From Minisyncoccota bacterium (GTDB lineage Bacteria > Patescibacteriota > Minisyncoccia > Phycocordibacterales > JABMNX01), in NCBI GenBank assembly GCA_965222715.1, contig OZ244961.1, positions 548,637-612,636 on the forward strand: a stretch of 64,000 nucleotides of DNA, in the 5' to 3' direction. Under the pieces are notes generated by a model. It worked only from the letters and a program-made list of their open reading frames with translations. It was not told where the DNA came from and ran no database searches. Shown piece after piece: positions 26,151 to 35,577 of this stretch (within the stretch, counting starts at the first letter, position 1; every line of letters begins with the position of its first letter). Made by a program: the position numbers and the translations under genes.

Positions 26151-26265
26151 GCGAGGAATCCAATATAATAGGCGTCAGGTTTCTAAGCTCACTACGTTCG
26201 CTAAGAACCTCCTGCCCGGGCTCGCAATCCCTCGCAAGCTCAGGATATAGCTCCGCCTCACAAAA

Positions 26266-26295
26266 CTAGAGAAAACGAGACGCAGGTCTCGTTTT
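26266..26295. terminator. bidirectional terminator downstream of tRNA-Arg(TCT)
   Basis: gaaaacgagac-gcag-gtctcgttttc perfect hairpin flanked by A/T runs. Confidence 0.6.
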
Positions 26296-26307
26296 CTTGC
26301 AGTTTTG

Positions 26308-26379
26308 TGCCCCCACGAGGAATCGAACCTCGATTAGCTCCTTAGAAGGGAGCCGTTCTATCCATTAAACTACAGGGGC
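26308..26379 (-). tRNA. tRNA-Arg (TCT)
   Basis: rc reads GCCCCTGTAGTTTAATGGATAGAACGGCTCCCTTCTAAGGAGCTAATCGAGGTTCGATTCCTCGTGGGGGCA. Anticodon loop CTTCTAA. Confidence 0.75.
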
Positions 26380-26420
26380 AGAACAATTCACACTATACGT
26401 AAAAAGTTACCTTTAAACAA

Positions 26421-26753
26421 TTACAAAGATGGGTTCGGTATTCGTGGTGGTGTTATTTGACGGTCTTCAAATAACGCCTCCTTTATCTCAAAGGAAACTA
26501 ATAACTCCTCAAGAAGTGTTCTATCGATAGTGTCAATGCGGACTTCTTGAGATTGTTCTACAAGAAAAATATCTCCTTCACTTACTTGCAAAAACAGGTA
26601 CACACTAAAGCCTATAAGAAGAATATTGAGAATAGAAAAACTGACAAGGACCATCTCCCAATGACGATATACTCGCGGTCGTGACGGAGTACGATTAGCT
26701 TTAAAAAGAGTGAGGTAGTGACGTATCTTTTTTTGTAGGTCTTCAATATTCAT
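26421..26753 (-). CDS. small membrane protein at the distal end of the pilMNO operon (hypothetical, PilP-position)
   Basis: 110 aa with a single TM, immediately downstream of the PilO-like gene. Confidence 0.35.
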   Translation of the reverse strand: MNIEDLQKKIRHYLTLFKANRTPSRPRVYRHWEMVLVSFSILNILLIGFSVYLFLQVSEGDIFLVEQSQEVRIDTIDRTLLEELLVSFEIKEALFEDRQITPPRIPNPSL

Positions 26754-26758
26754 AAGTA

Positions 26759-27289
26759 TTATTCTACGTGCTTGAGCACAGTGAACTCAACGTTTGCTTG
26801 CCAGAGAAATGAATCAGGAATTCTCTCCAACTGCACTCGCTTAAAGGTAATACCAAACGAGAGTGTCTCAAGTAGTGAAATGAGTTGCACTAAGGCATTC
26901 CACGAACCACGAGAAGCAAAACGAATCTCAAGTTCTTCGTATGGAGTTTGTGCACCTGAGGGAGTGAGCACATCAACAGCGTTCACATCAACTGATGCTT
27001 GAACTTCATCTCCAAGAGACTCAAGCGTTTCAAGAAAATTGACCACGCCGTCAGACGATACAAAATAGCTATCAATCTCATTAAATTCCCCCTCAAGCTC
27101 TTGCAGTAACTGTCGAACTGACCTAAGACGCTGATCTTGGCGTATTTCAATATCAAGCTGATTTTGAAGTAAAGAAATTTCGTTATTAATATTTTTTATT
27201 TTAAAGAAAAAAAACAAATAGACGCTACACGCAACAATGGTGAGCACACCGACTGTAATAGCAAGAATTGTTGTTCGTGAAATTTGCAT
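26759..27289 (-). CDS. type IV pilus assembly protein PilO-like
   Basis: N-terminal TM plus a coiled-coil (LLQNQLDIEIRQDQRL) and a C-terminal alpha/beta domain. Position after pilN. Confidence 0.5.
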   Translation of the reverse strand: MQISRTTILAITVGVLTIVACSVYLFFFFKIKNINNEISLLQNQLDIEIRQDQRLRSVRQLLQELEGEFNEIDSYFVSSDGVVNFLETLESLGDEVQASVDVNAVDVLTPSGAQTPYEELEIRFASRGSWNALVQLISLLETLSFGITFKRVQLERIPDSFLWQANVEFTVLKHVE

Positions 27290-27291
27290 AC

Positions 27292-27825
27292 TTAAAAATT
27301 ACCTACCAGTGTTATTGAAAAAACAATGTTAGAATCTCGTGCAAGACTAGATACCGGAAGATCAACAGAGTTAAAGAGACTTTCCGCCCGAAGTCTATCT
27401 GCAAACTCAATAAGTCCAACCCTCGAGTCTGATCGACCAGTTATTCGTAACTGACTTGCACTACCATTGGTGTAGTAAAACGCATCCACAGTCACTTGAG
27501 GACTTAGATTTTTCACCACAGTATGTATAAGCTCGGTTTGTGGTACCTGTTTTTGCACCTCAGTTAACTGCTGTATTTTATTTTTTGTAGCAGTGAATGA
27601 AGCAACTGACGTATTCTGCCCCCTACTCTCTATTGCCTTATCAAGTAATTCAGATTGGCGGGTTATTGTCTCTTCTTTTAAAGAGGATACAAAGTATGAT
27701 GGCAACAACAAGATGACTCCAAAAATAGTTGAGAGTAGGAAGAAAAGTAGAACGAGTATAACAAGGCGTAATAGATATTCACGCTCAAAGTGTTTTCTTT
27801 CTTTTAGTGGAAGTAAATTTGCCAT
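27292..27825 (-). CDS. type IV pilus assembly protein PilN-like
   Basis: MANLLPLKERKH (the conserved NLLP N-terminus of PilN), single TM. Confidence 0.55.
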   Translation of the reverse strand: MANLLPLKERKHFEREYLLRLVILVLLFFLLSTIFGVILLLPSYFVSSLKEETITRQSELLDKAIESRGQNTSVASFTATKNKIQQLTEVQKQVPQTELIHTVVKNLSPQVTVDAFYYTNGSASQLRITGRSDSRVGLIEFADRLRAESLFNSVDLPVSSLARDSNIVFSITLVGNF

Positions 27826-27827
27826 AC

Positions 27828-28943
27828 TTACATAAGTGCCAGACCTATTGCTGTTGCGTATGAAAGCGCTCGTTCTTCCTGGATCTGGGGTATGTACGCT
27901 TCATACGAAATGACGTTTTGCCACACATTTGCTCGCTCAACAGATACCTTCACTCCAGATGAGATATACTCTGGAAGACCTTTAAGTGAAGCATTACCTC
28001 CACACAAAATAATTGTGTGTACCTGATTTTCATCTTTTCTGTTTTCTTCTTTATTGTTCCAGTATGCGACATGTCGACTTATTTCATCACGAAGTACGGA
28101 AACAGTACTGATGAGTGAGTCGTGAAGTTCCTTATTTTGCTCAGTATCAACAAACCCTTTTGTATTTTTTATTTTTTCTGCTTCTATTTCATCCACCTGA
28201 AAATACTTCATGATTGCTTCAGTCATTTCATTACCACCTACGTTAACTGTTGAGGTGAAACCAACAATGCGATTCTTCACAATAGTGATGCTACTTCTGG
28301 TACGACCAAAGTCGACAATAAGGTAGGTTTTATTATCACCGTGTGGGATAACTGCGTTCGCAATTGCCTGACCTTCGAGCTCAAAAGAAACAGGAAAAAG
28401 TCCTGATTTTCTTAAAATATCTTGGTACCCAAGAATAAATTGTTTAGAAAAAACAGTAACACTTATTTCAATATTTTCTTTTTGTTCATGCACTACATCA
28501 TAATCAAAGATTGCATCTTGCGGTGTAATTGGCACGTGTTCTTCAAGTTGAAATTCAATACTACTACGAATTTGTTTTTCACTATCTGCTTGAGGAACAG
28601 AGGTTTGAAATAAGTAGGCCTTTTCTTCTGGAAGGGATGCTCGAATAAAGTGCATATTGTACTTTTCTCGGAGAGCGGCGAGTACCGCAATAAGAGCAGC
28701 AGGGTCTTGAACTTCCCCATTTTCTACAACCCCAGCCATGAGGCGTTTTTCTTCAATAAAATCTGGAATGTACCCTTCGCGAACTTTCTTTAAACCGAGA
28801 ACCTTCACACCACTATGAGATATATCAACACCAGTCGCAGCAAGATCAAGAAATGATGGTGGTGGAAATGATTTCAGTAGCCGTTCACTAAGCGAAATCT
28901 CTGCTGTATTTTTTTTCATGAATACATTTAGTATACCCTCCAC
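27828..28943 (-). CDS. pilM: type IV pilus assembly protein PilM (actin-like ATPase fold)
   Basis: GVDISHSGVKVLGL (GxDIGxxxxK) and a later LIVDFGRTRSSITIV phosphate-2 motif. Confidence 0.6.
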   Translation of the reverse strand: MEGILNVFMKKNTAEISLSERLLKSFPPPSFLDLAATGVDISHSGVKVLGLKKVREGYIPDFIEEKRLMAGVVENGEVQDPAALIAVLAALREKYNMHFIRASLPEEKAYLFQTSVPQADSEKQIRSSIEFQLEEHVPITPQDAIFDYDVVHEQKENIEISVTVFSKQFILGYQDILRKSGLFPVSFELEGQAIANAVIPHGDNKTYLIVDFGRTRSSITIVKNRIVGFTSTVNVGGNEMTEAIMKYFQVDEIEAEKIKNTKGFVDTEQNKELHDSLISTVSVLRDEISRHVAYWNNKEENRKDENQVHTIILCGGNASLKGLPEYISSGVKVSVERANVWQNVISYEAYIPQIQEERALSYATAIGLALM

Positions 28944-28986
28944 AGCTCTTTTTTAAAAAATGAACGTGGGGTTATCTACACACAAC

Positions 28987-29586
28987 TTATACAAGAACAC
29001 GCGCAAGAATAAAAAGTATGATGAGTACCACAACAGCTCCGGTAAGAGCCGCTGAGTACCGTGAAAGTAATTTTACAGCGTATTCACCAAACAGGTGGAC
29101 CATGTATGCGATACCAATATAGCGGAGTCCACGACCAAGAATAGAGGCAACAAGAAAAACAAAGAAATTAATCTTTAAGAACCCAGAAACAAGCACAAAT
29201 ACTTTGTAAGGAATTGGAGTAAAGGCAGCAATAAATATAGACCAGAAGGCATTTTCACTAAAAAGTACGCGAACCACTTCAACCTCAGACGAGAGATTGT
29301 AAAAATCAATAATTTTTACACCAATAGTATCAAAGAAAAACACTGCAATAGCGTATCCAAACACGGCACCGAGAATTGAAGCAACAGTTGTTAGTATTCC
29401 TAAATACAGCCAGTTTCGAGAACTTACAAGGAGCATCGCGATAAGAAGAATGTCTGGCGGTACAAAGAGAAATGATGACTCAGTGAAAGAAAGGAAAAAG
29501 AGCCAGGCTTTTGCATACGCACCGTGAGCTCGTTCTTTAAACCACTCAGTACTGCGCATCTGAAAAGAAATGAGTTTAGTGTACAT
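28987..29586 (-). CDS. DedA/YqaA-family membrane protein
   Basis: FLSFTESSFLFVPPDILLIAM (E-S-x-x-P-x-P-D pattern), 4-5 TM. Confidence 0.45.
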   Translation of the reverse strand: MYTKLISFQMRSTEWFKERAHGAYAKAWLFFLSFTESSFLFVPPDILLIAMLLVSSRNWLYLGILTTVASILGAVFGYAIAVFFFDTIGVKIIDFYNLSSEVEVVRVLFSENAFWSIFIAAFTPIPYKVFVLVSGFLKINFFVFLVASILGRGLRYIGIAYMVHLFGEYAVKLLSRYSAALTGAVVVLIILFILARVLV

Positions 29587-29589
29587 ATT

Positions 29590-29916
29590 CTACTGTATAC
29601 GACTTCCTGGAGTGATATCAGAGGTTGGTTCAATAAATGAAAATTCACCCGCTTCGTTTGAAACTGCTAAAATCATTCCGTTACTTTCTAGACCACGTAT
29701 CACCCGCGGCTCAAGGTTTATAATAAAAGGAAACTTTCTACCAATGAGTGCTTCTGGTTCAGTGTGCTGGGCAATACCTGATACAATCTGTCGTGGCGCA
29801 CTCTCCCCAACATTAACCATAAGCTTTATTAACTTGTCAGTTTCTGGCACTCGCTCAGCGGACACTATTTCCCCAATTGCAATATCTAATTGTGAAAAAT
29901 CATTATACGAAATCAT
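29590..29916 (-). CDS. tRNA-binding domain protein (CsaA/Trbp111-like)
   Basis: LDIAIGEIVSAERVPETDKLIKLMVNVGE...QIVSGI matches the EMAP/MetG C-terminal tRNA-binding fold. Confidence 0.6.
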   Translation of the reverse strand: MISYNDFSQLDIAIGEIVSAERVPETDKLIKLMVNVGESAPRQIVSGIAQHTEPEALIGRKFPFIINLEPRVIRGLESNGMILAVSNEAGEFSFIEPTSDITPGSRIQ

Positions 29917-29925
29917 ACACACACT

Positions 29926-30315
29926 TTAGCTTCTCTTTCCTTGCTTATCAAGAAAACGCTGCAAAATAAGCGCTGCCGCAGAAGCGTCGATCATGATCTG
30001 TGTACTTCCCTCTCGACGAGCTTCTGATGAGGTGAAGAATTCTGGTTGAAGATACACTGGGATGTTGGTTTCTTTTTCAAGAAGCGCAACAAAACGTTTA
30101 ATATCGTCCATAATAAAATTTTCTGATCCATCAGTATTTAGTGATTGACCAACTACTATTGCTTCTACAGTATGGGTTTTAATAGTATCCCGAATCTCAC
30201 CAATGAGGGTGTGCGAATGCCTGAGAACAGCTTTAGGAAACGCAAGAGTGCCTGTATCATCAGAAATTGCTACACCAACCTTTTTAGTACCATAATCAAT
30301 GCCGAGATATTTCAT
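29926..30315 (-). CDS. ruvX: putative pre-16S rRNA nuclease / Holliday-junction resolvase-like YqgF
   Basis: MKYLGIDYGTKKVGVAISD N-terminus. Confidence 0.8.
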   Translation of the reverse strand: MKYLGIDYGTKKVGVAISDDTGTLAFPKAVLRHSHTLIGEIRDTIKTHTVEAIVVGQSLNTDGSENFIMDDIKRFVALLEKETNIPVYLQPEFFTSSEARREGSTQIMIDASAAALILQRFLDKQGKRS

Positions 30316-30379
30316 GTGTTGATTAAGTGTACCATGGCTTTAAAAAGCTGTTATTTGATGATACAGTGTACTCGACCAA

Positions 30380-30466
30380 GGAGAGGTGGCAGAGTGGTCG
30401 AATGCACCGGTCTTGAAAACCGGAGTCTCGGAAACGGGACCGTGGGTTCGAATCCCACCCTCTCCG
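30380..30466 (+). tRNA. tRNA-Ser (TGA), type II
   Basis: GGAGAGGTGGCAGAGTGGTCGAATGCACCGGTCTTGAAAACCGGAGTCTCGGAAACGGGACCGTGGGTTCGAATCCCACCCTCTCCG. Anticodon loop CTTGAAA, long variable arm. Confidence 0.8.
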
Positions 30467-30473
30467 CATTTAT

Positions 30474-30503
30474 AAAAATAATGGCTTTATGCCATTTGTT
30501 TTT
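30474..30503 (+). terminator. rho-independent terminator after tRNA-Ser
   Basis: aatggc-tttat-gccatt followed by tgttttt. Confidence 0.55.
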
Positions 30504-30636
30504 GTACACTAAGAGGAAGAACGGGGTTCGAACGGAACTTTTGCGCCGTAAGGAATAAGCAAAAGTCCGCGGCTCTGGAGGAGCACTGCGAGTATATTGT
30601 GAATACCTGGAACAATACGAGCAGTGTGGAGGAAGT

Positions 30637-30656
30637 GGAATCCCACCCCCTCCGCA
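30637..30656. repeat. echo of tRNA-Ser 3' end
   Basis: ggaatcccaccccctccgca versus tRNA cgaatcccaccctctccgca (18/19 over the core), 171 bp downstream of the tRNA 3' end. Confidence 0.65.
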
Positions 30657-30677
30657 ATGTATTAAAATTTTTATCAT

Positions 30678-30935
30678 ATGAATGATATTTCATTTCTAAC
30701 AGAAGCAGATGGATCCTTCTTGATACTTCTTATTGTACTCATGATTTGGGTTACTGTATGGAAGGGTCTTGCACTCTGGAAGGCAGCACAACTACATCAT
30801 ACGTGGTGGTTTATTGCGATGTTGCTCATTAACACTATTGGAATCCTTGAAATACTCTACATATACTTTTTTTCTAAAAGAATGGAGAGATCAGAAGATG
30901 CTGCCACAGAAGACGCAGAAGAAGAGGTTGAGTAA
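30678..30935 (+). CDS. small membrane protein with acidic C-terminus (hypothetical)
   Basis: 85 aa, two TM helices, C-terminus EDAATEDAEEEVE. Confidence 0.4.
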   Translation: MNDISFLTEADGSFLILLIVLMIWVTVWKGLALWKAAQLHHTWWFIAMLLINTIGILEILYIYFFSKRMERSEDAATEDAEEEVE

Positions 30936-31016
30936 TTGACACTAAATTGTATTCCGTAGCTAGAACACGTGCTACTATAAATGTATATGCGTGCACTAGT
31001 GCACTCTTTGTAATGT

Positions 31017-31472
31017 ATGGAACCAATTCGTTGGCAGGCACCTGAATATACACACTATGAAAAAAGCAGTGACTGGTACTGGGCACTTGGCATTGTTGCA
31101 CTTTCTGGTGCGGTAACTGCACTTATTTTAAAAAATATACTTTTCGCACTCTTTATTATTATTGCAGCATTTACTGTTGCTCTTTTTGCCTCGCGAAAAC
31201 CGCAACTGGTACACTTTGAACTGCAAAGACGAGGTATTGCTATTGATGAGACACTGTATCCATTCAATACACTTGAATCGTTTTGGATTCATGAAGATGA
31301 ACATGGTCATCACATGCTCATCCTAAAATCAGAACGATTTTTTATGCCACACATCGTTATCCCACTTACACAAAATATAGAGATGATACACGATACATTA
31401 AGCGAACGACTTACTGAAGAAGAAATGCAGGAACCAGTCTCGCATAAAATTCTAGAATTTTTTGGATTCTAA
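31017..31472 (+). CDS. hypothetical membrane protein
   Basis: 151 aa, two central TM helices. Confidence 0.4.
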   Translation: MEPIRWQAPEYTHYEKSSDWYWALGIVALSGAVTALILKNILFALFIIIAAFTVALFASRKPQLVHFELQRRGIAIDETLYPFNTLESFWIHEDEHGHHMLILKSERFFMPHIVIPLTQNIEMIHDTLSERLTEEEMQEPVSHKILEFFGF

Positions 31473-31519
31473 TAGGAGTGAATTACCAAGCTGTAAAGAA
31501 AAAGGGAGATACTCGATAT

Positions 31520-31548
31520 CTTGACATTTAAAAATAAATTTGGTACAA
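31520..31548 (+). promoter_or_regulatory. sigma70-like promoter for the nucleoside hydrolase gene
   Basis: TTGACA, 17-nt spacer, TACAAT. AAGGAGACAG SD precedes the ATG at 31595. Confidence 0.5.
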
Positions 31549-31594
31549 TTAATAGAGAATAAAGATACCACACCCACCAACAAGGAGACAGATT

Positions 31595-32536
31595 ATGAGA
31601 ATCTCATTGTTTCTCGTCCTCGCGCTCTCCCTGCTTGGGGGATGTGCGTCGACAGATCAAGAAGTTACCGTGCCGGAATTCCCAACTCATCCAGAGACTC
31701 GCTTTTGGATTGATATGGATCCTGCATGTGACGAGCGACTTTCAAATGCTGATCCTGACGACTGCCTCGCCTACTTTCTCGCAAAGCGAGCGGGGATGAA
31801 TATTGTCGGGATTAGTACAACCGGAGGTAACGCGAACGAACGCGAGACCTGGTCTGTTGCCCAGCGCTTGGTTCATAGAGATGTTCCTCTCTATCGAGGA
31901 ATTGATAGAGGGGATGGAGTATGCGCCTCCGATGCAGTTCGTGCAATGAGAAATGCACTCATCGAAGGTCCTCTGCGTATCATTGCGCTCGGTCCGCTGA
32001 CCAACATCGCACACCTGCTGAGGTGCTATCCTGAATCTCAAGAAAATATAGAGGATATCATATTTGTTGGCTCTCGCTTTCTTGGTGAAGAGTTTGTCGT
32101 AAATCCTAACTGGCTCATTTCGTTTGAGTTACGAGACCTAAACGTTGTCGAAGACATACAAGCGGTGGAATTCGTTCTACAGCATGACCTACGACTTCGC
32201 TACGTCCCGTTCCAGGCAGGAATACAACTGTCGATGTATGCTTCAGAGCTTGTTGCCCAAGATATACAGCTTCCCGACTACCTGTACACTCGTCTGTACG
32301 ATTGGGGAGCAACGTCTTTCGTATTCTTGGGAGCAGATGGGTTTATACCCTTTGACTCTGCAGCAATTGCGCTTGCTCTCTGGCCTCAAAAGTTTTCATG
32401 TGTGCCAGTACACGCAAACATCGTTAGTGGTGACCTCATCACGAAACTACATCAAGGTGGAGTACACCAACACTGCACCCCGAGAGAGAGCCTAGTAGTA
32501 AAACGCTACATCCTCGGAACACTCACCCTACCATAA
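31595..32536 (+). CDS. inosine-uridine-preferring nucleoside hydrolase family lipoprotein
   Basis: Lipobox LSLLGGCAS. WIDMDPACDERL...GMNIVGISTTGGNA matches the IU-nucleoside-hydrolase N-terminal Asp cluster. GC-rich gene. Confidence 0.6.
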   Translation: MRISLFLVLALSLLGGCASTDQEVTVPEFPTHPETRFWIDMDPACDERLSNADPDDCLAYFLAKRAGMNIVGISTTGGNANERETWSVAQRLVHRDVPLYRGIDRGDGVCASDAVRAMRNALIEGPLRIIALGPLTNIAHLLRCYPESQENIEDIIFVGSRFLGEEFVVNPNWLISFELRDLNVVEDIQAVEFVLQHDLRLRYVPFQAGIQLSMYASELVAQDIQLPDYLYTRLYDWGATSFVFLGADGFIPFDSAAIALALWPQKFSCVPVHANIVSGDLITKLHQGGVHQHCTPRESLVVKRYILGTLTLP

Positions 32537-32588
32537 GCGCACAAGCGATTGTGGTAGGGTTTTTTGTATCTCATTAGAATAAACGTCT

Positions 32589-33341
32589 CTAGAATTCTTG
32601 GAAGAGAGGAAGCAGCTCTACCGTAACGGTACTACTTACACTTCCTGCTTCAGTACTACATGAAAGAGTGTACGTAGTCTCTTGCCCAAGAGCGCTTGTT
32701 GTTTGTGATCCAGAGAGACCACTAAAGGAATCGGTAATGTTTGGATTATCTTCTGATACGGAACAGCTATCAACATCAGTTGCTGACCAGCTAATAACTG
32801 AGGTCTCACCTGAGCGAATTCTTTCAGGATTTGCAGAAATTGAAAGCTCTGGGTCAAATACAGTGATTGTTTGAGATGTTTGCCCACCACTTGAACAGAT
32901 AACAGTATATTCTGTTGTTGCAGTTGGAGAAACTTCAGCAGAACCAGAGGTTTCACCACCTGTTGAGAAATTAACCCCGGAACTTGAAATAGAGCTAAAA
33001 CATGACCACGAGAGAGTACACGAACCACCTTCGTTCAAAGAGCCGCTACAGTTATTACCAAATGTTGGTGGCGGTACATAAGAGCCCTGACTGTAGTAAG
33101 AGCTTTGTCCGTAATACCCACCTTGTCCGTAATGAGGAGAACCTTTTGAAGCAGGTATTGCAAAACCGCCACTTTCTCCAGAAGGAGATGTAGAAAATAA
33201 TCCAACTTCCACAGATGGATTAAGAGCAAGAGTCTTTTCTTCATCATAGTTTACTAGGAAGACTACTCCAACAAAAAGAAAAACGGAAAGGAGTACTAAC
33301 GATTGAGAAAATTTTTTGTTACCTTTTTTGAAAAAGTGCAT
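32589..33341 (-). CDS. cell-surface protein with two Cys-containing repeat modules and a Gly/Tyr/Ser-rich linker
   Basis: N-terminal TM anchor, a low-complexity YGQGGYYGQSSYYSQGSY stretch, and two ~60-aa modules each with C...C...C and a TxYT(L/V)xCS motif. Confidence 0.4.
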   Translation of the reverse strand: MHFFKKGNKKFSQSLVLLSVFLFVGVVFLVNYDEEKTLALNPSVEVGLFSTSPSGESGGFAIPASKGSPHYGQGGYYGQSSYYSQGSYVPPPTFGNNCSGSLNEGGSCTLSWSCFSSISSSGVNFSTGGETSGSAEVSPTATTEYTVICSSGGQTSQTITVFDPELSISANPERIRSGETSVISWSATDVDSCSVSEDNPNITDSFSGLSGSQTTSALGQETTYTLSCSTEAGSVSSTVTVELLPLFQEF

Positions 33342-33373
33342 ACCTGTACTTTAAATTAATAGTAAATCACAAC

Positions 33374-34219
33374 TTATAAATCCGCAACTAGTTCTATGTT
33401 TGTTTCTATTGCTGTAATCATAGCGGAGAGAGCTTGGGGGGCAATATTTGGATCATTACCCGGGTATGCATACGACCAATCTCTGGGGGTTAATTTTTTA
33501 GTTTCTAAAAGTGCTTGGTCTAAGTATTTTTTTGCTTCTATTTCCTCTCCTAAATTTAAATAGGCTACTCCCAGCATGTTTAATAACCAAGGGTTGTTGG
33601 GGGCATATACCAAACCCTCTTCGGTGGTCTCTTTTACTAAATTAAAATCTCCTAACTGAAAGTAAATCCATGCAAGATCATTGTACCCCGCCCATATATC
33701 TGTTCGATGTGTACCAGTACTTAATGTAATTTCTTTTTGAATCTCAATGTATTTTAAGAAATCTTCAGCAGCATCTTCTAGTCTGCCCATGTATCCCAAT
33801 ATTAATCCGCGAGTATAAAATCCTTTCAGAAGATATAAGTCTTCAGATACACTATTACTACTTTCTATATGTTCATTAATTTGACCTAATGCAGTGTAAA
33901 AATTCCCATTCAAGAATGAAATACGTGCAATTTGATACATAGCCCATGGAAACGATGTGTCGTATTCCAAGGTTTTTTTAAAATATGTTTCTGCTTGAAC
34001 TAAATCATATACCCCACTCTGATCTTCTGTGGTATTAAAATAGTAGTTACCAATCCGAAAAGAAAGCTCTGGATTGGGATCAAGGAAAAGTGACAATTCT
34101 GCTACACGAAACAGTTCCCACGTCTTTACCGCAATCTGTTCACGAAGGAAAAAAATTCCCACTGTTACAACAATTAAAATTGTTACGACTGTAGAAATGT
34201 ATTTAAAAGAAATGTGCAT
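33374..34219 (-). CDS. tetratricopeptide-repeat protein, N-terminally membrane-anchored
   Basis: Repeated W/Y-x-x-LG-x-x-Y-x-x-xG-x-A TPR-like units. Confidence 0.5.
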   Translation of the reverse strand: MHISFKYISTVVTILIVVTVGIFFLREQIAVKTWELFRVAELSLFLDPNPELSFRIGNYYFNTTEDQSGVYDLVQAETYFKKTLEYDTSFPWAMYQIARISFLNGNFYTALGQINEHIESSNSVSEDLYLLKGFYTRGLILGYMGRLEDAAEDFLKYIEIQKEITLSTGTHRTDIWAGYNDLAWIYFQLGDFNLVKETTEEGLVYAPNNPWLLNMLGVAYLNLGEEIEAKKYLDQALLETKKLTPRDWSYAYPGNDPNIAPQALSAMITAIETNIELVADL

Positions 34220-34317
34220 GTAGAGATTATTTTACACTAAAAACTTGAGTATTTAAGTGTTTTTTGGGAAAACCTAAAACAATACCATACCGGGTATACT
34301 CTGAGTATAATAAAAAA

Positions 34318-34346
34318 TTTGACAAAATATATAAAAAATGATAAAA
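34318..34346 (+). promoter_or_regulatory. sigma70-like promoter
   Basis: TTGACA, 17 nt, TAAAAT. GGAGG SD 8 nt before the ATG at 34391. Confidence 0.55.
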
Positions 34347-34390
34347 TATAAACAGACTACGCATTACAACAAACGCACTGGAGGTGCACT

Positions 34391-34981
34391 ATGCTGACGA
34401 AAATTTTGGCAATTTCCGCCATCTTCGCCGCCATCTTCTCCACACCCTCACTCGCAGGTGAGGTGGAAGAGATGATTCCCCAGGTCTCAAGTGGTGAACT
34501 CCGCTACGATGGATCAAAAGGTGAATTCACCTACACCATCATCGATGCCCGGAACCACAGAAACAGTGAAGGTACGGATATAACTGTTACCGAATGGGGT
34601 AATCGTACCCGTTCCGATAGAACCAATGGCGTTCAGACCTGGAACCCCGACAGCCGAGAACTTCCTACTGAGCCGATGTACGTTGGTCTTGCCTGGGAAG
34701 AAAGTATCTCCGGCGAACGTGGGGGCCGATACTACCATCGTACAACCGAGTGTGAGGTGGAAGAGCGGGCCGACATCACAATCGCCGCCGGCACGTTCAG
34801 AAACGCCTGGAAGGTAGGCTGTAAGATCTACGAGGACCGGCTGTTCGTTCGCTTTGACGGCTGGTTTTCGGAGCGCGGGAGAATCAAGCTTCGGTCTCAG
34901 TACTCTGGAGACTTCCAGTACCGAGACGAGCTCCAAGGAGCTTCTCCGGAGCTTCTCCGTGCAATCGATCACAGCGAATAA
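34391..34981 (+). CDS. secreted hypothetical protein (signal peptide), GC-rich
   Basis: MLTKILAISAIFAAIFSTPSLAGE signal peptide. The body is much more GC-rich than its surroundings. Confidence 0.45.
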   Translation: MLTKILAISAIFAAIFSTPSLAGEVEEMIPQVSSGELRYDGSKGEFTYTIIDARNHRNSEGTDITVTEWGNRTRSDRTNGVQTWNPDSRELPTEPMYVGLAWEESISGERGGRYYHRTTECEVEERADITIAAGTFRNAWKVGCKIYEDRLFVRFDGWFSERGRIKLRSQYSGDFQYRDELQGASPELLRAIDHSE

Positions 34982-35037
34982 GCGAAGGCTCTTGGGGCGT
35001 CACAACAAGTGACGTCCCATTTTCTTTAAACACACTC

Positions 35038-35577
35038 TTACAGTGTTAGTTTAAATTTTTTTGCGACGTTAATAAGAAGAAAAATGCTTACAATAAGTAG
35101 TATTTCGGCGATAAAAAAGAAAAGGGTGCTGTCTGTAGTTAACAAGAATGATGACACGCTGGTTCCTAAGAGAGAAATAAGAATTATACTTCCTATAACT
35201 CCACAAGACAAACAGGTTATACCTAAAGAAACACCAACTAATGCAAATACGCCAGTAGAAAGACTTTTGAATGATAAACTATTTTTCTTTTGCGAAAATA
35301 ATGAGAGGAGTACGGTTACGTATACACCAATTAGTAGTGAAATAACAATATAGTGAACAAGTATCCATCCAGCTTCTGCGGTAAACAAAGAAGCTAGTAT
35401 TCCGGGTAATATATTGAGAAATAGTGAAAATGGAAATGCGCCACTTATAACCCCTAACAAAAGAGTACTTTCTGAGAAGAAAAATAATGCCAAAAATACA
35501 AGAAAAGATATTACAAAAAAGATCTTCTTTGTAGCAACTTGATACAAGATGTGGGTGATGTTATTTGAGCTCATCAA
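35038..35577 (-). CDS. integral membrane protein with CxxC in a TM segment (possible DsbA redox partner)
   Basis: 5-6 TM, LGITCLSCGVIG. Overlaps and is co-oriented with the DsbA-like gene. Confidence 0.35.
   Translation of the reverse strand: MMSSNNITHILYQVATKKIFFVISFLVFLALFFFSESTLLLGVISGAFPFSLFLNILPGILASLFTAEAGWILVHYIVISLLIGVYVTVLLSLFSQKKNSLSFKSLSTGVFALVGVSLGITCLSCGVIGSIILISLLGTSVSSFLLTTDSTLFFFIAEILLIVSIFLLINVAKKFKLTL

Noticed and set aside
30560-30640. Possible SRP/4.5S-like motif (agcag ... ggaggaag) in the tRNA-Ser trailing module
   Set aside because: Only loose resemblance to the domain-IV consensus. Not enough to call an SRP RNA.
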